From the NCBI RefSeq assembly GCF_006345805.1, contig NW_021827769.1:1-9863 (forward strand): a stretch of DNA of 9,863 bases. The letters are read 5' to 3'. The notes under the pieces were generated by a model that saw only the letters and a program-made list of their open reading frames with translations, made no database searches and had not been told where the DNA came from. Positions within the stretch are counted from its first letter, which is position 1, and each line of letters opens with the position of its first letter. This document shows positions 1 through 7,961 of this stretch, one piece after another. This DNA is from Octopus sinensis (taxonomy: Eukaryota). The position numbers were made by a program, and so were the translations under genes.

Positions 1-939
1 CTCTTCTAGCTTCTTAACTAGCTCACCCTCTACTCTATTTCTATCTATGGCTAGTGCTTTGCTGTACCTAATCGCTTCTGCTTTTACTGCTCTCTTGAGG
101 GCAAACCACCATTTGTTGTTGATGATGGCTCCCGTCAAAGCCCTCTTTACTAGTGTGCTAATCCGGTCTCTGAAAACTTGTCTGGACGGAATGATGCGTG
201 CAGTTTCCAGTACCCAGACCCTGTCTATGTGCCTTATCTAAGTCTAGCGTACACGTCACATTTGTGATCCGTGTAGCTGACTGTGTGGAATGTGGACATC
301 CTAAGTTATCCTTGTCTACTGTCCTACACAGTATCCTATCTAGATACGATCTCGAAGACCCACTGCGGTTGCTCCATGTCCACGTTGGTGCATTTGGGTG
401 GTCGAGTCGGTACCTGTCAGACAGTTGGAATCGTCTGAGCAGGTCTCTGAGGCAGGCATGCAATCCCCTTCTGTTTCTGTCTCTACCCACGTAGTCTACA
501 TGCGTGTCCAAGGTAGCATTTCAATCCCCCACTAAGAGTAAAGGACGAGACGTTCCCAAGAATACTTCTAGACGTCGAAAGAAATCCGCCCGACTGTTAA
601 GGGCGGTGCGTAGACTGATACGAGTCGAAAAGCGCACCCATTGCTGCTGTCGACATCCAGAACGACCAGTCTACCCTCCGGGTCTACGAATATCGTCTTG
701 ACTTCGAGATCCAGGCTCTTGTGAAAAAGTACCGCGGTGCCACACCGCCCATCCTCGGCAGACAGGGAGCGAAATAAATGTTAAACTGTCCGCCAAACAT
801 GGATTTAGGGCCGTGGCTCGTGGAGTCTGGTCTCACTTATGGCTATGATTCCCAAATCATGTGACTTGATGATTTAGGAGGTATCCTGTTTCCAAGGAGA
901 CCCCAAACCACGCGCATTCACACAACCAATCTTGACCAT
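1..939 (-). mobile_element. Decayed L1/Tx1-type LINE, ORF2 N-terminus (APE endonuclease plus linker), continuing off the left edge
   Basis: Manual minus-strand translation across frameshifts from ATG at 939: [122 protein letters not shown]. These are the NxRGL, xET, GR, YAP, GDxN, TW, LD, DH and WKL motifs of L1-clade APE. In-frame TGA at 521-523 and several frameshifts show it is dead. Confidence 0.93.
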
Positions 940-950
940 GATCTATTGGG

Positions 951-1294
<344 letters not shown>

Positions 1295-1530
1295 GTGTGA
1301 AGTGGGGAGCGTGAGTCTTGCAATGGGTTGCGAGGTGATGGTGGTTTTATAATACAAAATTTAGTGAATATCATAAACTAGACATATTGAAATGAATCAA
1401 ATCTGGCGGAGCTGCTTTAATACACTTTGTGAAGCTTTATCAAGTTTAATCATAAATCACACCGCAAGAATCAACGACATTTTCTGCAAATCTTCTTGCT
1501 TATGCTCAGCGTAGACCTACCAGCATTGGT

Positions 1531-2105
1531 GGAGGCGCAATGGGCCAGTGGTTAGGGCAGCGGACTCGCGGTCATAGGATCGCGGTTTCGATTCCCAGAC
1601 CGGGCGAAAACATGTAAAAGCTCCACGAGGCTCCGGCAGGGGATGGTGGTGATCCCTGCTGTACTCTTTCACCACAACTTTCTCTCACTCTTACTTCCTG
1701 TTTCTGTTGTACCTGTATTTCAAGGGGCCGGCCTTGTCATTCTCTGTGTCACGGACTCGCGGTCGTAGGATCGCGGTTTCGATTCCCAGACCGGGCGTTG
1801 TGAGTGTTTATTGAGCGAAAACACCTAAAAGCTCCACGAGGCTCTGGCAGGGGATGGTGGTGATCCCTGCTGTACTCTTTCACCACAACTTTCTCTCACT
1901 CTTACTTCCTGTTTCTGTTGTACCTGTATTTCAAAGGGCCGGCCTTGTCACTCTCTGTGTCACGCTGAATATCCCCGAGAACTACGTTAAGGGTACACGT
2001 GTCTGTGGAGTGCTCAGCCACTTACACGTTAATTTCACGAGCAGGCTGTTCCGTTGATTCAGATCAACCGGAACCCTCGTCGTCGTAACCGACGGAGTGC
2101 TTCCA
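1531..2105 (+). mobile_element. tRNA-derived SINE (family 1) with internal tandem duplication
   Basis: Head with A-box-like TGGGCCAGTGG and B-box-like GGTTTCGATTCCC. Body 1561-1751 is repeated at 1752-1962. The 3' end has two hairpins (2048-2074, 2076-2097). Confidence 0.88.
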
Positions 2106-2117
2106 TCCACCACCATT

Positions 2118-2308
2118 ACCACCACTGTCTCTCATTCTCTCTCTCTCTTTCTTATCTGTATTTCTGCCTACTCGTATATCCATCTCTGCATCCCCTTCTA
2201 ACGTCATATGATTGTGTGGACCAGTCTACTAGTTACGCCTTATGTTTCAATGAGCAGATTATTCAGGTGATCGTACTACTGCTACCTATTCTTCGAAACC
2301 GACGGAGA
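2118..2308 (+). mobile_element. Old diverged 3' half of a family-1 SINE
   Basis: Colinear with 1881-2097: TGTGGA..TTAC..TTTCA..GAGCAG..TGAT..AACCGACGGAG, and CTGTATTTC after a pyrimidine tract. Confidence 0.7.
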
Positions 2309-2322
2309 TCCGTTAACACATC

Positions 2323-2514
2323 GGGGCGGGTGGTGGTGTAACTGTTTAGTGGCATTTCGTCCGTCATCAGGTTCTGAGTACGAATCTCACCGATGTCAAT
2401 TTTGCCTTAATTCTTTTGGCGTTGATGGACTAAGTACTATTTGATCATAGAGGGCGATGCAATCAACTTGCACACTCCATCAAAATTGCTGGCCCTGTGC
2501 CAAATTTTCGAACC
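2323..2514 (+). mobile_element. Diverged SINE (family 2, tail variant A), 5' head degenerate
   Basis: GCATTTCGTCCGTC..GTTCTGAGT..GATGTCAATTTTGCCTT..AAGTAC..CGATGCAATCAACT aligns with the copies at 2568 and 2916. Ends CCTGTGCCAAATTTTCGAACC followed by (ATT)n. Confidence 0.8.
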
Positions 2515-2566
2515 ATTATTATTAATATTATTGTTGTTGTTGTTGTTTTTGTTGCTGTTGTCGTTA
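2515..2566. repeat. (ATT)n/(GTT)n microsatellite (SINE tail)
   Basis: Direct inspection. Confidence 0.95.
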
Positions 2567-2567
2567 T

Positions 2568-2813
2568 GGCAGTGAATTGGCAGAATCGTTAGCAAGCCGG
2601 ACAAAAGTACTCGGCACCATTTCGTCCGTCTTTACGTTCTCAGATCATAATTCCGCTGAGGTCGACTTTGCCATTCATCCTTTCGAGCTCGATAAAATAA
2701 GTACCAGTCAAATCCTAGGGGTCGATGCAATCGACTAGCCCCCACTCCAAACCACCCCTTCAACAATATTACACGCTTTGTGCCTATGGTAGAAAAGATT
2801 ATTATTATTATTA
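2568..2813 (+). mobile_element. SINE (family 2, tail variant B) with (ATT)n tail at 2798-2813
   Basis: A-box-like TGGCAGAATCG; core GAGGTCGACTTTGCCATTCATCCTTTCGAGCTCGATAAAATAAGTACCAG; ends TTGTGCCTATGGTAGAAAAG(ATT)5. Confidence 0.87.
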
Positions 2814-3382
2814 CTGGGTGAAAGAGCAGCGTACGCCATCAAAATGACTCTGGGGTACAAATATATGAAACCCAGTATACTCATCATGACTACTCGCCTG
2901 ATAAGGGTACACCAGATGGTGAGCTGGCAGAAACGTTAGCACGCCGGGTGAAATGCTTACCGGTATTTCGTCTGCCGTTACGTTCTGAGGTCGACTTTGC
3001 CTTTCATCCTTTCGGGGTCGATAAATTAAGTACCAGTTACGCACTGGGGTCGATGTAATCGACTTAATACCTATGTCTGTCCTTGTTTGTCCGCTCTGTG
3101 TTTAGCCCCTTGTGAGTAGTAAAGAAATAGGTATTTCGTCCGCCGTTGCGTTCTGTGTTCAAATTCCACCGATGTCAAACTTTGCCTTTCATCCTTCCGG
3201 GGTCGATGAATTAAGTAATCGACTTAATCCCTTTGTCTGTCCTTGTTTGTTCCCTCTATGTTTAGCCCCCTGTGGGCAATAAAGAAATAAGAAATAAGAG
3301 TACACCAGGCACATTCATCAAAACCATATGTGCGAGACATGGTGATCTCATATCAGAATGAACAAAGCATGACTTTGCAGGT
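2814..3382 (-). mobile_element. Probable retroelement 3' end terminating in (TAA)n, split into 2814-2915 and 3294-3382 by a SINE
   Basis: The two pieces are joined by the SINE target-site duplication (TSD), and the minus strand runs directly into (TAA)n at 2813. No protein similarity seen, so the family is unassigned. Confidence 0.6.
2916..3293 (+). mobile_element. Dimeric SINE (family 2, tail variant C) with 15-bp TSD
   Basis: Monomer 1 spans 2916-3130 and monomer 2 about 3130-3293 (restarting at GTATTTCGTC). TSD ATAAGGGTACACCAG (2901-2915) / ATAAGAGTACACCAG (3294-3308), one mismatch. B-box-like GTTCAAATTCC at 3157-3167. Confidence 0.92.
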
Positions 3383-3742
3383 ATGACTTTTTCGTTTTCC
3401 ACATGAAACGGAAAATAAGGCTGGAGAAGAAATGCCTGTCGCAAAGTGTGTTTCGTAAAAGATGGCAGTCTGTAGCAAGTATGTTGCTAGTGGAAGAACC
3501 TGTCTAAATGGGAACCAAAAAAGAACAAAGCAACGTCTTCAGTGTAACTATGTGGTTTGTGGGGTCGACCGCGTTCTCCGCTTCATTTTCTTGTAAATCA
3601 CTCATTCTCATTTAAATGTATATATATTAATTGTCTGTTTATTCATACGTTTCGTCTCATTCGATACCCTGACCCCAATGTTTGTTTTGTCTGTCCTCGT
3701 ATCGTCCCCTCTTTTTCTCAACCTCATGGTTAATAAAGAAAT
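3383..3742 (+). mobile_element. 5'-truncated L1/Tx1-type LINE 3' end (ORF2 C-terminus plus 3' UTR)
   Basis: 3385-3507 reads DFFVFHMKRKIRLEKKCLSQSVFRKRWQSVASMLLVEEPV*. The R-x-E...F-x-x-R-W pattern resembles Tx1/L1 ORF2 C-termini. It is followed by a T-rich UTR ending AATAAAGAAAT (3732-3742). Confidence 0.72.
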
Positions 3743-3743
3743 T

Positions 3744-4141
3744 GCTTTTGCAGTTCGGTGTTCTATTTTTACATTTGAACCAATGTTTCTATGTCACGTT
3801 GGTAGTTGAGTGTTGACGCATCTCTGTTTGTTAATTACTATTGATATCACGTCTGGTCTCTTCCTTGACCACAACCTTCGTATTTTCCTCTTCAAATCAT
3901 CGTAGTTGTTCAGTTTTTTTCTTCTTCTTTCTCTTTGATCTTGTCATCACCGGAACATGCTATGTCGATTATCATGCAAGTTATTTTCTTTTTTTCCTTT
4001 ATTCACCACAACAATGTTCGGTTTCCGATGTCTGGTCTCATGATTGCACTGAATCATTGCATTCCACAAGATTTTTCCATCTTCATTCTCGGTGACTCTT
4101 TCTAGGGTTTTCTCATACCACACCTTTGCTATTTGTATGCC
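3744..4141 (-). mobile_element. R4/Dong-type non-LTR fragment, REL endonuclease domain (copy 1; not in the ORF track)
   Basis: Minus-strand translation with frameshifts: KVWYEKTLERVTENEDGKILWNAMIQCNHETRHRKPNIVVVNK..TCMIIDIACSGDDKIKEKEEEK..NNYDDLKRKIRRLWSRKRPDVISIVI..VNTQLPT*HRNIGSNVKIEH..LQK. This matches the ILWD/RPD/IID/KxxKY architecture; PD reads PN here. Confidence 0.88.
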
Positions 4142-4183
4142 TATTTATTATTATTATTATCATTATTATTATTATTATTATTA

Positions 4184-4220
<37 letters not shown>

Positions 4221-4268
4221 TTATTATTACTATTATTATAATCATCATCATCATCATTATTGATAATT
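4142..4268. repeat. (TTA)n/(TCA)n microsatellite
   Basis: Direct inspection; lies at the 3' tail of the element at 4269-4624. Confidence 0.97.
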
Positions 4269-4623
4269 TTATGATTGATTTTTGCTTTGCATTTGTACAA
4301 CTTGGCTCCATGTCTCACCCAGAGTATTCGTGAGACAACAAGTTAGGAGTTCATGTTGGTGTTAAGCTTAGGTTTTGGTTTTGTACATAGTGCTGTTCTG
4401 GAGAATGTTTAAGGAAATTATGTGCTTGTTTTAAAATTTGAGTCAGAGATCATTCTTAAATAATATTCAGTTCCTATTTTCATCATACCATATGCTCCAA
4501 CAATTACCGATATTTTAACCCTCTTGAGATGCCACATCGTTTCGACTTTAGTTAGCAAATCTTTATATATTCTGAGCTTATCAAATTCTTTTGCCGAGAT
4601 ATTATGGTCACAGGTTATGTTCA

Positions 4624-4624
<1 letters not shown>
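4269..4624 (-). mobile_element. R4/Dong-type 3' fragment (copy 2): REL C-terminus plus 3' UTR
   Basis: ORF 4418-4624 DHNISAKEFDKLRIYKDLLTKVETMWHLK..VIVGAYGM closely parallels 5012-5200. The UTR has a hairpin at 4311-4337 and ends in a TAA/TGA array. Confidence 0.9.
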
Positions 4625-4694
<70 letters not shown>

Positions 4695-4755
4695 GTTGGT
4701 TGTTGTTTGTGGTGGTGGTGGTGGTGTTGTTGTTGTTGTTATTATTATTATTATT
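4625..4755. repeat. Compound (TTA)n-(TTG)n-(TGG)n-(TTG)n-(TTA)n microsatellite
   Basis: Direct inspection. Confidence 0.97.
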
Positions 4756-5610
4756 TTCCTTCTTTCTTCAAATTTTCTTCCATTTCTCGCCGAGTGTTTT
4801 CCGTATACCTAGGGCAGAGACGCTCATTGTATGCATTCCCAGATTACACACGCAAATTCACAGGTAAAATATGTATATAAAAAATTAATAAGTAAATAAA
4901 TTCATGAATGGATGTTGATCTCACAACGATAATGCTCTTCTCAGTACATGAGTTGTTCCAGTTAACACAATTTTTGCACTTCCTGTAGGAATGGTAAGCC
5001 TGGTATCATTTTCAAATAGGTTTCAGTACCTTTTTTTTTATCATTCCTAGAGATCCTACAATCCTTAGCACTATAGTCGCCTTGAGATGCCACATATTTT
5101 CAATTTTTATTAGCAAGTCTTTATATTTACTGATCTTGTCAAATTCTTTCGCCGCTATATTGTGATCGCGAGGAATACTCATGTCAATTAATAAACACAA
5201 CTTTTTTGTCTGATCTTTTATAATAATATCCAGTTTATTAGCTTTTATAGTTTTGTCGGTATGTCCCAGAAGAATCGACAGAAGAAGAAGTTCCAGAGAA
5301 TCGACACATTTTCTCCCTCAGTCACAGCTTCAGGATGGTGTTTATACCATTTGTCAGCGGTTTTGACTTTATAATGCCGACACATTGTCCAGTGTAAATA
5401 CTGGCCGACTCTTGCATGTCTTGTTTTATATTCTACAGGTGCTAAGACTCTACATCCTGAGATTAGGTGGTCTATAGTTTCAATCTCATCGTCACAGAAA
5501 CGGCATTCTCGGTCAGCTCCATTTTTTATCACATTGACTTGGTAGTTCTGGGTGAATAAGCTTTGGTCTTGAGCAGCTAATATGAAACCTACACTCTGGT
5601 TTTAGCCCTT
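4756..5610 (-). mobile_element. R4/Dong-type 3' fragment (copy 3): CCHC zinc knuckle, REL endonuclease and 3' UTR
   Basis: GFILAAQDQSL..CRFCDDEIETIDHLISGC (5505-5452)..YKTRH..LHW..WYKHHPE..ILW..HTDKTIKANKLDIII..CLLIDMSIPRD..KEFDKISKYKDL..IVGSLG..EVQK..LTGTTHVLRRALSL* with the stop at 4921-4923, then about 165 nt of UTR and (TAA)n. Frameshifted and 5'-truncated. Confidence 0.95.
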
Positions 5611-5617
5611 TTATTAC

Positions 5618-5669
<52 letters not shown>

Positions 5670-5787
5670 GTTGTTGTTGTTGCTATTATTATTATTATCA
5701 TTATTATTATTTTTATCATTATCATTATCATTATCTTTATTATTATCATCACCATCATCATCACCATCATCATTATTATTATTATTA

Positions 5788-5834
<47 letters not shown>

Positions 5835-5922
5835 GTTGTTGTTGTTGTTGTTGTTATTATTATCATTATTATTATTATCATCATCATTATATTAATTATT
5901 ATTATTATTATTATTATTATTA

Positions 5923-5956
<34 letters not shown>

Positions 5957-5969
5957 CATCAGTATTATT

Positions 5970-6026
<57 letters not shown>

Positions 6027-6075
6027 GTTGTTGTTGTTGTTATTATTGTTGTTGTTGTTGTTTTTGTTGTTGTTA
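5611..6075. repeat. Long compound (TTA)n/(TCA)n/(TTG)n microsatellite
   Basis: Direct inspection; source of the poly-I/poly-L ORFs. Confidence 0.98.
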
Positions 6076-6454
6076 TCTTTTATTTATCACAAAATAAATT
6101 GCCTAATAAGAGTCTTTGTCTCGCCCGTTTCTAAAGAAAGCATTACTTCACATATTGAAATATTGTACACTTCCTGTCCAAACGACACTGCACGAAATAA
6201 GCGATATATGTTGGAGTTAACAAATGGACAAAGATCGAAAAGGTCAAGTTAACAACTCCAATCTGTGTTGGATATCGCTTGCAGCATTAGCCTTGATATG
6301 ATGCGGATGAGAGGGGACAACGGCTAATTAACAGGAGATATTGTTACTTCAAAGACACTCGTCTCTGGCTAACTTCATTGTTTTTTGTGTATTATTGTCG
6401 CGACAATTCATTTTGTACTACAATGTTTTTATAAATTCATCTATGAGTGTCTAT

Positions 6455-7042
6455 CTAGCGAGCTACAAGCATTTGTATATCATTGTGTATATAAATATAT
6501 ATGAATATATATCTAATGAGCTACCAGTGTGTGTATGAATGTGTATATAAATATATATGAATATATATCTAGTGAGCTACCAGTGTGTGTATGAATGTGT
6601 ATATAAATATATATGAATATATATCTAGTGAGCTACCAGTGTGTATATAAGTGTGTATATAAATATATATGAATATATATCTAGTGAGCTACCAGTGTGT
6701 ATATAAGTGTGTATATAAATATATATGAATATCTAACTAACGAGCTACCAGTGTGTTTATGAGTGTGTATATAAATGTATATGAATATCTATCTAGCGAG
6801 CTATCAGTGTGTATATAAGTGTGTATTTAAATATATATGAATACATATCTAGTGAGCTACCAGTGTGTATATAAGTGTGTATATAAATATAGATGAATAT
6901 CTAACTAGCGAGCTACCAGTGTGTATATAAGTGTGTATATAAATGTATATGGATATCTATCTAGCGAGCTACCAGTGTGTATATAAGTGTGTATATAAAT
7001 ATATATAAATATATATATAGCGAGCTACCAGCATTTGTATAT
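6455..7042. repeat. 56-bp minisatellite, about 10.5 units
   Basis: GAGCTA anchor at 6460, 6518, 6574, 6630, 6686, 6742, 6798, 6854, 6910, 6966, 7022. Consensus approximately CTAGTGAGCTACCAGTGTGTATATAAGTGTGTATATAAATATATATGAATATATAT. Confidence 0.97.
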
Positions 7043-7074
7043 AGGAGTGTATATAGATATATATGGAGATGTAT

Positions 7075-7520
7075 TATCCATGCGTGTATGTATTTATGGA
7101 GGTATTTATGTGAATGTGTGTGAGTGTATGTGTGCGCGTATATATGTATTTCTGTGTTTCTCTGTGTATGTGTGTGTGCGTGTGTGTGTGTGTGCATGCG
7201 CGTGTGTGTGTGTGTGTGTGTATGTGTGTGTGTGTGTGTGTGTGTGTTCATATCTCGACATGTAAATAGACTAGGACAGAGGCTTACGTAATTATATATA
7301 CTCATACGCACAGACGTTAACTCGATGTTTGTAGCTTTCAGTTTCTTACTCTGTCGCTCTGTCTCTCTGTCTCTCTCTCTCATTCCATCATTCTCCCTCT
7401 CTCTTCCTTTCTGTAGACACACACACGCGCATATGCACACGCACAGGCAATTTTATGTGTGCGTGTGCGTATTTATGTGTGTATGTGTGCTTGTGTGTGT
7501 AGATGTGTGTGTGTAAGTGT
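7075..7520. repeat. Degenerate (GT)n, (CT)n and (CA)n tracts
   Basis: (GT)n about 7110-7247, (CT)n about 7350-7411, CA/GT about 7417-7514. Confidence 0.9.
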
Positions 7521-7569
7521 GCCCGTTGAACTTCTGTATCCAAAAGCTGATTACAATATATCATATCAA

Positions 7570-7637
7570 ATGTGCATGCATGTATACGAACACGTGTGTG
7601 TGTCTGCACATATGTACATATCAATGCATGTGTATGT

Positions 7638-7675
<38 letters not shown>

Positions 7676-7758
7676 GCATATATTTATATATTTACACACA
7701 TATACATACATACCTATATACACACCACCGAGATAGATACATACATACATAAATATGT

Positions 7759-7808
<50 letters not shown>

Positions 7809-7929
7809 TAGATTATACATACATACATATGCATATGTATATATATTTATATATATATATATATACATAGATAGATATATACATACATACATATGCATAT
7901 GTATATATATTTATATATATATACATATA

Positions 7930-7961
<32 letters not shown>

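Noticed and set aside
47-701. Plus-strand ORFs 47-241, 198-494 and 504-701
   Set aside because: Antisense shadows of the minus-strand LINE endonuclease; no recognisable motifs.
1295-1530. Unique-looking segment as a possible exon or LINE 5' part
   Set aside because: No recognisable protein motif, repeat similarity or convincing splice-site pair by eye.
1531-1606. Functional tRNA gene
   Set aside because: A/B boxes are present but the anticodon and acceptor stems do not pair convincingly, and the sequence continues into a SINE body.
2355-2370. Hammerhead-like CTGATGA-cggac-GAAA on the minus strand
   Set aside because: No stem II pairing, no convincing stems I/III, and the sibling SINE copies lack CTGATGA, so it is a chance mutation.
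3378-3386. CAG|GTATGA splice-donor-like site
   Set aside because: Falls at a retroelement junction with no supporting upstream exon; likely incidental.
4625-4755. TTA-to-TTG/TCA shifts as a footprint of A-to-I edited, retrotransposed RNA
   Set aside because: They occur on both strands and are explained by ordinary transitions amplified by slippage.
4524-6252. Poly-I/L/Y/M ORFs resembling membrane or signal-peptide proteins
   Set aside because: Trinucleotide microsatellite artefacts.
6455-7042. CRISPR-like array
   Set aside because: Inter-anchor sequences are near-identical rather than unique spacers; eukaryotic context and no cas genes.
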